The notes beneath the pieces were generated by a model. That model had not been told where the DNA came from, made no database searches, and saw only the letters and a list, made by a program, of their open reading frames with translations. 64,000 bases of DNA from Nitrosopumilus sp. (lineage in GTDB: Archaea; Thermoproteota; Nitrososphaeria; Nitrososphaerales; Nitrosopumilaceae), in NCBI GenBank assembly GCA_965197525.1, contig OZ240211.1, positions 96,001-160,000 of the forward strand, in the 5' to 3' direction. Positions 31,399-41,571 of this stretch are shown here, piece by piece (positions within the stretch are counted from its first letter, which is position 1; each line of letters starts with the position of its first letter). A program made the position numbers and the translations under genes.

Positions 31399-32370
31399 AT
31401 GTGTGAAGGTTTTACAATGGAGTTACTAACCGGTCTAAAAAAAGGAGAGCGCGGGGCAATTGCCAAGGCCATAACCATTATAGAAAATGATCCCAGGCAA
31501 GCCAAGAAGCTGATAAAAGAGATCTTTCCATACAGTGGCAAGTCCACAGTTATTGGCATTACAGGTCCTGCAGGTGCAGGCAAAAGCTCTCTGATAAACA
31601 AGACTACTATTGCACTAACCAAACTGGGTACAAAACCTGCCGTTCTAGCAGTTGACCCTACTAGCCATGTCACAGGCGGTGCTATACTAGGTGATCGAGT
31701 ACGCATGAGTGAATCAACTGATTCTGGAATTTATATTCGCAGTATCGCATCAAGAGGGGCAACGGGTGCCATTTCTAGTTCACTGCGGAATAGTATTCGA
31801 GTTTTAGAGTATTCCGGATTTAATCCTATTATAATTGAGAGTGTAGGTGCAGGACAGACTGAAGTTGAGATATCTCACATTGCAGATATCACAGTTGTAG
31901 TATTTAATCCTAATACCGGTGATAGCATCCAGACAATCAAGGCAGGTCTGACTGAGATTGGAGATATTTACGTTGTAAATAAAAGTGATCTTCCGGGCAC
32001 AAACCAACTCTTTGATGCAGTGCGCGATTTTATAGGCGATAGAGAACATGACCCAAAAGGTAGTGATTCTTCTACCAAAAATTCTCCAATAATCTTAAAG
32101 ACATCTGTAAAAAAGAGTACAGGTATTGCAGCGTTTGCAAGGACTTTACATGATGCCATGATCGATATGGCATCTGATGCTTCTCGCAGGCATACCCAAA
32201 AACTCGAAGCAGAGCTAAAAGATATCGTTTTAAATAACGTCAAGCAGAAAGTTGATGAGATGCTCATTTCTGATAAAACATTCTCAAGATATCTGACAAA
32301 ATTACAATCAGGACGTATTGATCCGTTTGTAGCGGGAGATAAAATTACAAAGAAGCTTTTGGAGAGTTGA
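31399..32370 (+). CDS. meaB: MeaB/ArgK GTPase chaperone of methylmalonyl-CoA mutase
   Basis: GPAGAGKSS, AVDPTS, GGAILGDRVRM, IESVGAGQ, VVNKSD. Confidence 0.94.
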   Translation: MCEGFTMELLTGLKKGERGAIAKAITIIENDPRQAKKLIKEIFPYSGKSTVIGITGPAGAGKSSLINKTTIALTKLGTKPAVLAVDPTSHVTGGAILGDRVRMSESTDSGIYIRSIASRGATGAISSSLRNSIRVLEYSGFNPIIIESVGAGQTEVEISHIADITVVVFNPNTGDSIQTIKAGLTEIGDIYVVNKSDLPGTNQLFDAVRDFIGDREHDPKGSDSSTKNSPIILKTSVKKSTGIAAFARTLHDAMIDMASDASRRHTQKLEAELKDIVLNNVKQKVDEMLISDKTFSRYLTKLQSGRIDPFVAGDKITKKLLES

Positions 32371-32374
32371 TGAT

Positions 32375-33970
32375 ATGGCAAGTAGCAAAAAACCTGAAAA
32401 TGACAAGGCCATCTACACTGACTCTAACTTTGCAGTAAAACGCATATATCAAAAGTCTAAAAAAACCGCACCAGCAAAAGAAGATGCAGGGCGATATCCG
32501 TATACTCGGGGTATTCATCCCGGAATGTTCCGTGAACGGTTCTGGACTATGAGGCAGTACTCTGGATTCGGAGATGCAAAGCTAACCAATCAGCGATTCA
32601 AGTTCATGCTAGAGAAGGGTCAGACGGGTCTTAGCATGGCATTTGACTTGCCTACTCAAATTGGATATGATTCTGACTCCCCTCAAGCAGAAGGCGAGGT
32701 GGGAAAAGTTGGTGTCTCTATTACATCCATCAAAGATATGATGACTGCCTTTGATGGCATACCATTAGGCAAGGTGAGTTCATCGATGACTATCAACTCC
32801 ACTGCGTCCACGCTGCTTGCATATTATATTGCAGTAGGTGAGTCACAAGGATTCAAAAGTGGAGAACTGCGCGGAACTACCCAGAACGATATTCTCAAAG
32901 AGTATATTGCCAGAAATACATACATCTATCCTCCTCAACCATCCATGAGGTTAATTGGAGATATGATAGAATACTGTGCCCAAAACGTTCCATCATGGTA
33001 CCCTGTATCCATATCCGGCTATCATATGAGAGAAGCTGGTTGTACTGCTGTACAAGAGATTGCCTTTACACTTGCCAATGCTATTGCGTATATTCAGACA
33101 TGTCTTGATAAGGGTTTACATATAGATGATTTTGCCCCTCGTCTGTCATTCTTTTTTTGCTGTACGATAGAGTTTTTCGAAGAAGTTGCAAAGTTTAGAG
33201 TTGCAAGAAAAGTCTATGCTAAAATATTAAAAGAGATGTTTCATGCAAAGAATCCACGTTCCATGCAGCTCAAATTTCATACTCAGACCAGCGGTGAATC
33301 CCTAACTGCACAACAACCAAATAACAATATCGTTCGAGTTGCCATACAAACTATGGCAGCCGTAGCAGGCGGCACACAATCTCTGCATACTAATTCTAGA
33401 GATGAGGCTTTGGCACTACCAACCCAGGAATCTGCAAAGATTGCCCTTAGAACCCAGCAGATAGTGGCACACGAGAGCGGAATTACAAAGACTGCAGATC
33501 CATTGGCAGGCTCGTATTACCTCGAAGAATTGTGCGACAAGATTGAGGATGGCGTATGGAAGTATCTTAAAAAAATCCAAAAGATGGGAGGTTCAGTCAA
33601 GGCAATAGAGAAGGGGTTCTTTCAGTCTGAGATTCGAGCAAACGCGTATCGTCTTAAAAAGGAGACAGACGATGAACAGCGAATTATTGTAGGAGTCAAC
33701 AAGTACGCCGAACAAGAGGAGCAGCCTGATCTGCTACGAATTGATGACAGGATTGAGATCCAGCAAAATAAGGCGCTAAAAAAATTACGCAAGACGCGTG
33801 ATAATAAAAAATGCAGTGACGCATTGTCTGCATTATGCAGTGCAGCTGATACTGATGAGAATTTAATGCCTTTTATCGTCACTGCAGCTAAAGCGTACGC
33901 CACTACTGGTGAGATTAGCAATACTTTTAGAACGGTGTTCGGAGAGTATCGTCCAAAGGAGGTATTTTAG
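32375..33970 (+). CDS. Methylmalonyl-CoA mutase large subunit
   Basis: YPYTRGIH, WTMRQYSGF, SISGYHMREAG, GGTQSLHTN. Confidence 0.96.
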   Translation: MASSKKPENDKAIYTDSNFAVKRIYQKSKKTAPAKEDAGRYPYTRGIHPGMFRERFWTMRQYSGFGDAKLTNQRFKFMLEKGQTGLSMAFDLPTQIGYDSDSPQAEGEVGKVGVSITSIKDMMTAFDGIPLGKVSSSMTINSTASTLLAYYIAVGESQGFKSGELRGTTQNDILKEYIARNTYIYPPQPSMRLIGDMIEYCAQNVPSWYPVSISGYHMREAGCTAVQEIAFTLANAIAYIQTCLDKGLHIDDFAPRLSFFFCCTIEFFEEVAKFRVARKVYAKILKEMFHAKNPRSMQLKFHTQTSGESLTAQQPNNNIVRVAIQTMAAVAGGTQSLHTNSRDEALALPTQESAKIALRTQQIVAHESGITKTADPLAGSYYLEELCDKIEDGVWKYLKKIQKMGGSVKAIEKGFFQSEIRANAYRLKKETDDEQRIIVGVNKYAEQEEQPDLLRIDDRIEIQQNKALKKLRKTRDNKKCSDALSALCSAADTDENLMPFIVTAAKAYATTGEISNTFRTVFGEYRPKEVF

Positions 33971-34369
33971 ATGAAGATTGATCACGTTGCCATTGCAGTA
34001 CATGACCTTGATAGCTCAACTGCTACCTACAAAAAGGCTCTTAACGTTGATGACATCGAGTTTGAGACTGTTGAATCTGAAGGTGTACGAGTTGCCATAA
34101 TCCATTTGGAGAACTCTCGAGTGGAGTTAATGCAACCGACAAACGATTCTAGCCCGATTAAAAAATTTCTAGATAAAAGGGGTCAAGGATTACATCACAT
34201 AGCTTTTGAGACTGACGATATACACAGTGAAGTACAACGTATGAATGGTTGCGGAATACAATTTTTAGGTAAGGTTAGACCCGGTTCTGCCGGAACCATG
34301 GTTACCTTTATTCATCCTCGCTCTCTTGAGGGTGTTTTAGCAGAACTTTGTAGCCATCCTAAAACGTAA
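33971..34369 (+). CDS. mce: Methylmalonyl-CoA epimerase
   Basis: IDHVAIAV, ELMQP, GLHHIAF, TFIHP; in an operon with the mutase. Confidence 0.93.
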   Translation: MKIDHVAIAVHDLDSSTATYKKALNVDDIEFETVESEGVRVAIIHLENSRVELMQPTNDSSPIKKFLDKRGQGLHHIAFETDDIHSEVQRMNGCGIQFLGKVRPGSAGTMVTFIHPRSLEGVLAELCSHPKT

Positions 34370-34936
34370 TTATGTCATCATCATCATCTTTAGCGTGTCA
34401 GATGCTGTAATGATTCCGATAACTTCTGATTTTTTTGAGACTAGAATGCACTTTGAATATCTAATTAACGGAACAAGGACGTTAGCTGGCGTATCTACAT
34501 CAACTATTGGTGGAGTAGGCTCCATGGTGTCTGCAAGTTTTGCTCGCTTTAGTTCTGCTTCTCCATAATCTGCCAAGTGTCTGACTATTCCGTCTTCTGA
34601 TATTATTCCTACAGCATCAGCACCATCAAAGATTGGAATTTGGCTGATTGACGACTGGTGCATCTTTTTGATTGCATCATCAAGCGTGTTTGTAGGTTCT
34701 AACTTTATGATCTTTTTACTACAAAAATCTCCTGCAGAGTGAGACGACGACGACTCGTTTTCTATCTTTGCAAGACTCTCAAATATTTTCTTGGCAGTCT
34801 CATAACTTGGTTTGCTTCTGCCCGATTCTATCTGGTTTATCATGGATGTACTTACCCCTGTTATTGAAGCTAGTCTTTTTTGGGTAATGCCAACCCTTTG
34901 TCTAATTTGTTTTATGGAATCTATCCGAGGTAACAT
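34370..34936 (-). CDS. XRE-HTH + CBS-domain transcriptional regulator
   Basis: GITQKRLASITGVSTSMINQIESG, followed by a CBS pair. Confidence 0.92.
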   Translation of the reverse strand: MLPRIDSIKQIRQRVGITQKRLASITGVSTSMINQIESGRSKPSYETAKKIFESLAKIENESSSSHSAGDFCSKKIIKLEPTNTLDDAIKKMHQSSISQIPIFDGADAVGIISEDGIVRHLADYGEAELKRAKLADTMEPTPPIVDVDTPANVLVPLIRYSKCILVSKKSEVIGIITASDTLKMMMMT

Positions 34937-35273
34937 TGTATCCCTTGAATTCTTTGATATATCTTCATTTTCATTAATAAATTGGGTACCTAGTATTTTT
35001 ATTCATGTTTTATACAGGCAAGTATCGAACTTTAGATCTTTTTGACAAATATTGTGTAAAACGTTTTGTACAACTTTACCCCGTTGACGATGTTATGCCA
35101 CAAATCGGTATGGATATAACAGAAGTTCAAAAAAATTCAAGAGATGCGATGATGTCACAGCACCTTGTATACATTTAAAAAATTTCATATATGTCGTTCT
35201 CTGGGCCAAAGAGCGTTAGGTGATCTATCATACAATCACGTAAATTCTTTATGTGTCATTGAGTACTTGCGTG

Positions 35274-35573
35274 TCAAATGTTGATGTTGTTAATTTTATT
35301 CATTATATCTTGACCTTTCTTACTCGCATTGTATACGGTTCTTATAGGTCTGACGTCGACCATCACATGTCTTTCTAGCAATCCAAATGATACCATCCAG
35401 TTCAGCATAATGGTTACTGATGCCCGACTGTGTACAATTTTGTTTTTCCAAGCGTAGTTCTGTATTTCATTATAATATACTCCATCACTATTCATCACAT
35501 ATTCGAAAATATCATAAAATCCCTTTTTTGCCATACTATGCATAAATTCTATTAGTTTTTTTCTATTATTCAT
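35274..35573 (-). CDS. Winged-helix (HxlR/MarR-like) protein, copy 3
   Basis: 59/99 residues identical to copy 1 in a manual ungapped alignment. Confidence 0.83.
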   Translation of the reverse strand: MNNRKKLIEFMHSMAKKGFYDIFEYVMNSDGVYYNEIQNYAWKNKIVHSRASVTIMLNWMVSFGLLERHVMVDVRPIRTVYNASKKGQDIMNKINNINI

Positions 35574-35627
35574 TACACATATACATTATAATCACTACAA
35601 AAATCGTAAGCACGTAAATATTACTCT

Positions 35628-35648
35628 AAGACTATTCATACTAGTCTT
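35628..35648. promoter_or_regulatory. Imperfect palindrome (putative operator) upstream of wHTH copy 3
   Basis: Minus strand AAGACTAGTATGAATAGTCTT; same AGACTA-N7-TAGTCT core as 13551-13569. Confidence 0.68.
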
Positions 35649-35856
35649 TATACAACATACGGATTTTTTACACTATACGTGCATTATTTTTAAAATTTTG
35701 TTCAAATCCTATAAATCTAAGATAAAATTAAATATTTATTAGAATTATTCAATATGCTTATCTATACTATTTCAGAGAGTTATTTCACAACGATTTGGAA
35801 AAATAAAACAACATACAGATATTTTTCTAAAACTGTAAATTTTTTGTCAATTACAG

Positions 35857-38526
35857 TTATTTTCTTGGTTGTTTTATTGCCGCTTGAGCAGCTGCTACTA
35901 GTGCAATGGGAATTCTGTGTGGCGATGCACTCACATAATTTAATCCTGTCTCGTGGCAAAATCTTATCGAGTTTGGATCTCCTCCGTGTTCTCCGCAGAT
36001 TCCAACCTCTATGTCCGGTCTGACTCTGCGCCCGTTTGCAATGCCGATCTTTATTAGATTTCCGACGCCTTTTACATCAATTGTCTGGAATGGATTTCTC
36101 TCCAGCAGCTCTTTTTCAAGATATTCTGGGAGGAATTTTCCTTCTACATCTTCTCTGCTGAAACTAAATGTTCCTTGTGTCAAATCATTGGTGCCAAAAC
36201 TAAAGAATTCTGCTATGCTTGCTAGTTCATCAGCAGTCAAAGCTGCCCTTACTACCTCTATCATCGTTCCAAATTTTACTGGCAGCTCCATTTTGTATTT
36301 TGCCTCTTTCTCTTCTTTTATCCTGTCAAATATCTTTTTGATGTGGTTTAACTCTGCAATGCTGCTAATTTGTGGGATCATGATCTGCGGATATGCGTTG
36401 ATTCTTCTCTTATTTAGCATCGCTAGTGCCTCAAAGACTGCCTGAATCTGCATCTCGTATATCTCAGGATACGTTATACCTACTCTGACTCCTCTATGCC
36501 CCATCATGGGGTTTACCTCTGCTAACTCCCTTGCTCTCTTTAGAACTATATTTGCTTGGACTATCTCTTTTTTCGTCTTTAGTTTGTGAATCTTTTCTGC
36601 CATCTCTTCTGGATTTGGCAGAAATTCGTGCAGTGGAGGATCAAGCAGTCTTATGGTGACATCATACCCATTCATTGCCTTGAGAATCTCTACAAAGTCG
36701 CTTTTTTGTAATTTGCCTAATTTCTGTAAAATCTTATTACGATCATCAATGTTTTCTGCCATTATCATGTCTACAAACAGGTTTATTCTATCTGCTCCAT
36801 TGAACATTCTCTCTGTTCTGCATAGACCAATTCCTTGACCTCCAAACTTTCTGCCTAGTCTTGCTCCTTCTGGAGTATCTGCATTTGCTCTAATCCCAAT
36901 ATTTTTTGCTTCTTGAGCCCATTGCAAGATCTGCTTGAAATCTGCTGTGACTTTGGGTTCTATAGTTGGAATCTCTCCTAAATACACATTACCTGAACTA
37001 CCATCAATAGTTATTGCATCCCCCTCTTTGATTGTCTTGCTACCAACACTGCACTGTTTATTATTATTATTATCTATCTTTAGGTCAGAGCACCCTACAA
37101 TACATGGCTTTCCCATTCCTCTTGCGACCACTGCAGCATGTGATGTCTTTCCCCCTCTACTAGTCAGTATTCCTACCGATTCAAAGAACGCTGGAACGTC
37201 TTCAGGTTTTGTCTCTTCTCTAATTAAAATAACTTTCTTGCCTTTCTCTCCCATGACTACTGCTCTTTTAACATCAAATACTGCAATTCCGCTTGCAGCC
37301 CCCGGTGATGCTGCAATACCTTTTACTATCTGTGTATAGTTTGCGATCTCTTTTGGATCAATGGTTTTGTGTAATAACTGTTCTAACTGTTCAGGATTCA
37401 GTCTGGTTAACGATGCATCTTTGTCTATTAATCCTTCTTTGACCATATTTACTGATGTTTTTACCATTGCAGCAGCATTCATCTTTGCATTTCTTGTTTG
37501 CAATAAATAGAATCGTCCTTGTTCTATCGTAAACTCAATATCCTGTGCTTCTTTGTAATGCATTTCTAGTTTTTTACATGTGTTTACAAGCTGTTTGTAT
37601 GATCTAGGTAGATCCTTTTTCATTTGTTCCACTTGGTTTCCAGTTCTGACTCCTGCAACTACATCTTCTCCTTGTGCATTTATTAGATATTCACCATACA
37701 TTTTTCGTAGTCCGTTACCTGGATTTCTTGTAAATACAACACCGGTTGCAGAGTCATCTCCCATATTTCCAAATACCATTGCTACAATGTTCACTGCCGT
37801 ACCGTCTGCAATATCTCGCGTAATGTTGTTTCTCTCTCTGTATATTGTTGCTCTCTTGCCCATCCAACTACTAAAGACTGCTTTGATTGCAAGCTCTACT
37901 TGCTGTGTTGGGTCATCTGGAAATGTTGTGCCCGTATGCTTTTGACAGATTTGTTTGTACTGTTTTACGACTGATCTTAGTGACTCTTCATTTAGCTTAC
38001 TATCTAACTCTACATTCTGCGCTTTTTTTACTGCCTCTAAGACCGTATCAAACTCTTTATCATCTACACCAAACGCAACCTTTCCAAACAGCTGGATGAA
38101 TCTTCTGTACGAATCCCATGCAAATCTGGAATTTCCGCTCTTGTTTGCTAGTCCGACTACTGTTTTATCATTTAATCCTAAATTTAGGACAGTGTCCATC
38201 ATACCCGGCATGGATATTGCAGCTCCTGATCTGACTGATACCAGCAAAGGGTTCGAATCAGAGTTCCATATCTTGCCTGTCTTTTTTTCTATCTTTGCAA
38301 TATTTTTTTTCACATCTGCCATGAGAGTTTTTGGCAGCGTCCTGTTATTCTCATAGTATTTTTTACAAACCTGTGTGGTGATGGTAAATCCTGGAGGCAC
38401 TGGCAATTCTAATCTGGTCATCTCACACAGTCCTGCGCCCTTTCCTCCTAGTAGTTTTTTGTTTTTACCGTCCCCTTCATCATAAAAATAGATCTGTTTC
38501 ATTTTTTTTATGATAATCAAATTCAA
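35857..38526 (-). CDS. ppdK: Pyruvate phosphate dikinase
   Basis: LGGKGAGL, PVPPGF, SVRSGA, GGKTSHAAVVARG, GLCRTERMF, FGTNDLTQ, GICGEHGGDP. Confidence 0.97.
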   Translation of the reverse strand: MNLIIIKKMKQIYFYDEGDGKNKKLLGGKGAGLCEMTRLELPVPPGFTITTQVCKKYYENNRTLPKTLMADVKKNIAKIEKKTGKIWNSDSNPLLVSVRSGAAISMPGMMDTVLNLGLNDKTVVGLANKSGNSRFAWDSYRRFIQLFGKVAFGVDDKEFDTVLEAVKKAQNVELDSKLNEESLRSVVKQYKQICQKHTGTTFPDDPTQQVELAIKAVFSSWMGKRATIYRERNNITRDIADGTAVNIVAMVFGNMGDDSATGVVFTRNPGNGLRKMYGEYLINAQGEDVVAGVRTGNQVEQMKKDLPRSYKQLVNTCKKLEMHYKEAQDIEFTIEQGRFYLLQTRNAKMNAAAMVKTSVNMVKEGLIDKDASLTRLNPEQLEQLLHKTIDPKEIANYTQIVKGIAASPGAASGIAVFDVKRAVVMGEKGKKVILIREETKPEDVPAFFESVGILTSRGGKTSHAAVVARGMGKPCIVGCSDLKIDNNNNKQCSVGSKTIKEGDAITIDGSSGNVYLGEIPTIEPKVTADFKQILQWAQEAKNIGIRANADTPEGARLGRKFGGQGIGLCRTERMFNGADRINLFVDMIMAENIDDRNKILQKLGKLQKSDFVEILKAMNGYDVTIRLLDPPLHEFLPNPEEMAEKIHKLKTKKEIVQANIVLKRARELAEVNPMMGHRGVRVGITYPEIYEMQIQAVFEALAMLNKRRINAYPQIMIPQISSIAELNHIKKIFDRIKEEKEAKYKMELPVKFGTMIEVVRAALTADELASIAEFFSFGTNDLTQGTFSFSREDVEGKFLPEYLEKELLERNPFQTIDVKGVGNLIKIGIANGRRVRPDIEVGICGEHGGDPNSIRFCHETGLNYVSASPHRIPIALVAAAQAAIKQPRK

Positions 38527-38762
38527 AAAGGGGGTATTAAACCATTAACTCTAATATTGTATTCCTCTTGACTGGCATCGTCCAAATCTTAGTTTTTCAA
38601 GCCTATTGAACGTCATTTTATCTACACTTTATTGTTTTTGACTTCCTGCATGCTGCAGAATTTTCTTGTGGTAGGGTATGATGAGGTGTGTCTTGCACCA
38701 AGACGTTGCATGATTGTACAGCATGCGGTAGGCACACAACACGTGTTTTTTGTGTCTCTCCA

Positions 38763-39230
38763 CTATGACAGCAGGTTGTATCCGATGCACCTGAGGAACA
38801 CTGCAGTCTTTGCGTTGTCTTCTTCTTCTTCTTCTTCTTTGCACGAACAATCGCAGTAAACCTGTACTTGAATGATGAGAACACTGATTCTACTATGCTG
38901 CACCGGCGGTACGTATCTTCAAACTCTTCGGGATTCTTTTCCAGTTACCTGAGTGTCTCCGCCATTGGATCGAATCCCTTTGCTATGCAGTCTTTGCGGG
39001 TGCAGATCACAGATCTTCTGCTCGTATCACGGATCATCTTGCAGTTCTTATGCGCGTCATATCCTGAATCAAACATCACACATCCTGCACCATCGGGAAC
39101 CTTTTTGATCATCTTCTGGAACGCCTGCGAATCGTGCGCCCGTCTCTAGGTAACTGCACAGGATACGATCTTTCTCCCCTTACGTCGGAATTCCAGACGC
39201 AATTGCAGACAAGTCAATACCGTAAAATCT
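38763..39230 (-). pseudogene. IS5-family transposase C-terminal remnant
   Basis: KIVSCAVT*RRAHDS, FDSGYDA, YRRCSIVESVFSSFK; internal stops and a frameshift after a (AAG)7 expansion. Confidence 0.78.
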
Positions 39231-39244
39231 GTCGCCGCACCGCG

Positions 39245-40156
39245 TCATATCTGAGACGCGGACACATCTAAAAAATCATAAAATGATCTTACAGTCATTA
39301 TCATGTCATCAAAATCGAACCTTTCTGCAAACGCTGTCTCCTCCAAACTTGCTCGCTTTTTGACATTCCCGTGCATCGTGTCAAGATGTCGCCTGCACTC
39401 GGCGGCATAGGAGGATGGCATTGATTTACGCTTGGCACACAACGTCTTGAATATGCCACGTGTCTTCCTCATGTCCGGCTTGCTGTATTTGAGTATCCTG
39501 AACGAGTCATACGCGTCAAAGTGATTCCTCTGCCTTCCGCTAGAACCTATCACGAAGAGTTTCGTGGCTAGCTGCTCCTCCAAGGAAAGATGGACAATTT
39601 TAGGAGGCTCCAGCCCTAGCATATCCAGATCAATAATCGTCTTAACATGCCCTAGCACGGGTCCTTCCAAAACGCGGCAGGTCTTACACACTTCAATCTT
39701 GGGACGTTCTACTATTGCGTGATATTTCCCCAACGAATCCCTGTATCCAATATCAATAAAGCACAGCCTAGAGCTGTCTTTGGTGATGCGGACGGGCGTC
39801 TTGCATCTCTTCGTCGCACCGTACTGCACCATATCACTTTTCAGGTTGCTCACGTCCCTGTATGTGAATCCCTCCTGCGTGTTGGGATCAAAATCGGCGT
39901 CAAACGAGAACCGGTGGTCTGCTAGGGGCACGGTACTCCTTACAGACAGTCCTCCCTTTAGGCTTAGCCTTTCCACGTAATATCCGTCCCTCATGTCGGC
40001 AACCGCGTACAGCATATCTAGGGCACATATTTCAGAAAGTATGAACGGTGCGAACTCTTTCCTTGCAAAGCGTTCGTGGTACTCGTCTTTTAGCATTGCA
40101 GTTGGATCATCAAGATTGATCAGCCTGTCATCTATGAAGAAGAAGACGCCATCCAT
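39245..40156 (-). CDS. AbiEii-like nucleotidyltransferase toxin (type IV TA)
   Basis: LKGG, RFSFDADF, EEQLATKL and RNHFDAYD motifs. ATG 40156 lies 1 nt after the partner's stop (TAAGATG); the ORF-track start is 40225. Confidence 0.85.
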   Translation of the reverse strand: MDGVFFFIDDRLINLDDPTAMLKDEYHERFARKEFAPFILSEICALDMLYAVADMRDGYYVERLSLKGGLSVRSTVPLADHRFSFDADFDPNTQEGFTYRDVSNLKSDMVQYGATKRCKTPVRITKDSSRLCFIDIGYRDSLGKYHAIVERPKIEVCKTCRVLEGPVLGHVKTIIDLDMLGLEPPKIVHLSLEEQLATKLFVIGSSGRQRNHFDAYDSFRILKYSKPDMRKTRGIFKTLCAKRKSMPSSYAAECRRHLDTMHGNVKKRASLEETAFAERFDFDDMIMTVRSFYDFLDVSASQI

Positions 40157-40157
40157 C

Positions 40158-40928
40158 TTAACTACCGATCCATTGGGCTTCATTCCCATACACACCATCT
40201 GCTTTTTGCATTTGCTCTCCGTCATCAGATCTGACGGATACGCACTTTGGATATCTCTTAAAATATCGACTCTTTTTCACCATGGTCTCCATCAAATCAA
40301 GCAACGGCTCATACGTGAAGATGTGCATCTTTGCAGGACCCACTGGAGCTCCTGACTCGTAATGCAACAGGCGGCGCACGTGGGGACCTCCCACGTGCGA
40401 GGGAATCATGTTAAACAGCACAAAAGTGTCATCACTGGCGTCGATCCACACACTGACTGCCTCCAGATACTCTGCTAGCCACGTTCGGGCTGAGCTGTCT
40501 TCTGCTGTCGTTCCAGAACCGTCCTTCCTCACTAGGCCCACTCTCTCCATCATACTCAGCGCATCATATACTGCTTTCCTGCTGAAATGGCACCCCTTTG
40601 CCAAGTATGACACATTTCTGGATGGACCCATGGCTAACACCAAGAACAGGACGTACGGAACCTTGTATCCAAGCACGCTGATCTGTGCTGCATCCACGCG
40701 CAACGGCATTGATGCCACATGTAGGTTGGGTGGGTTTTCCACAAACATCCCGCGGTTGCCGATTATTCCTTCTTTCTTAATCTTTGATTTGATCCTGTAG
40801 AACTGCTTGCTGTATTTTGGATATCCGAGCCTCGTGCCCATGTCCGGTGGTTTTTTCTGGGCCAATAGATGCCTCATCTTGTATATCCTTCGAATGGTGT
40901 TGGCATATCTTATCTGTTCGTATAACAT
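40158..40928 (-). CDS. Putative AbiEi-like antitoxin/regulator with two wHTH domains
   Basis: HTH-like segments PDMGTRLGY...FYRIKSKIKKEGII and VSYLAKGCHFSRKAVYDALSMMERVGLV; C-terminal HVGGP...HIFT segment; TATA box 22 bp before ATG 40928. Confidence 0.68.
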   Translation of the reverse strand: MLYEQIRYANTIRRIYKMRHLLAQKKPPDMGTRLGYPKYSKQFYRIKSKIKKEGIIGNRGMFVENPPNLHVASMPLRVDAAQISVLGYKVPYVLFLVLAMGPSRNVSYLAKGCHFSRKAVYDALSMMERVGLVRKDGSGTTAEDSSARTWLAEYLEAVSVWIDASDDTFVLFNMIPSHVGGPHVRRLLHYESGAPVGPAKMHIFTYEPLLDLMETMVKKSRYFKRYPKCVSVRSDDGEQMQKADGVYGNEAQWIGS

Positions 40929-40939
40929 TTGTATAGTAA

Positions 40940-40971
40940 TTGTACTGAAGTTATATAAATATTCAGTACAA
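40940..40971. promoter_or_regulatory. TATA box enclosed by a perfect 10-bp inverted repeat (abiE-like operator)
   Basis: TTGTACTGAA (40940-40949) N12 TTCAGTACAA (40962-40971); the spacer holds minus-strand TTTATATAA (40959-40951). Confidence 0.75.
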
Positions 40972-41159
40972 AAATGATTCATTCGTACACTGCCCAGACA
41001 TGTAGCCAATCGACAACGAGTCTGAACGTATACCTTTTACTGTGGCATATCGTCCAAACTCGTTCCAGGTTTTCAAATCCAGAGTTAATGAACTTGGCTT
41101 ATTCTCTGTGTTATATGGAGTTGGGGTGGTACTGGACCGCCGCCGGATCATGCTAAAAT

Positions 41160-41571
41160 TAAGATCAAGGCATATGTAGGATACGACAGCAGGGAGAATT
41201 TTCAGATATGCAAAGAGTACGGCATTACACCTATCATCAAGATAAGACGTAATGCAGAATACAAGGCAAAGGGGGTCAGTCGGGAACGTGGCATTGCAGT
41301 GCTTTACAAGCTAGGCGGCGGCACTACAAGCATTGTCAAATTACACGAGATGGACATCAAGGAACGTACGGAAAATCAGAACGAGTGGAAAAAACGTGCG
41401 GAGTACGGTTTCCGATGGCAGGTGGAGATATTCTTCTATGCGTTCAAGAGGATATTTGGAAGTTCGGTAAGGGCAAAAACAATGGATAACATTATTCAAA
41501 CGATAGCGTTGAAGATCTGGCGCTACAACCAGTTCGTAGAAATAACTCAGAGGATGATCTCAATGGTATGA
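41160..41571 (+). pseudogene. IS5-family transposase C-terminal remnant
   Basis: GYDSRENF...GITPIIKIRRNA...YGFRWQVEIFFYAFKRIFG...RAK; N-terminal half absent. Confidence 0.8.

Noticed and set aside
20118-34369. Split location of the mutase small subunit versus the large subunit/epimerase/meaB cluster
   Set aside because: Two-subunit mutases with separated genes are ordinary in the thaumarchaeal 3HP/4HB pathway.
38763-41571. Composite transposon carrying abiE
   Set aside because: The two IS5 remnants are different sequences, both truncated, and no shared TIRs or TSD were found.
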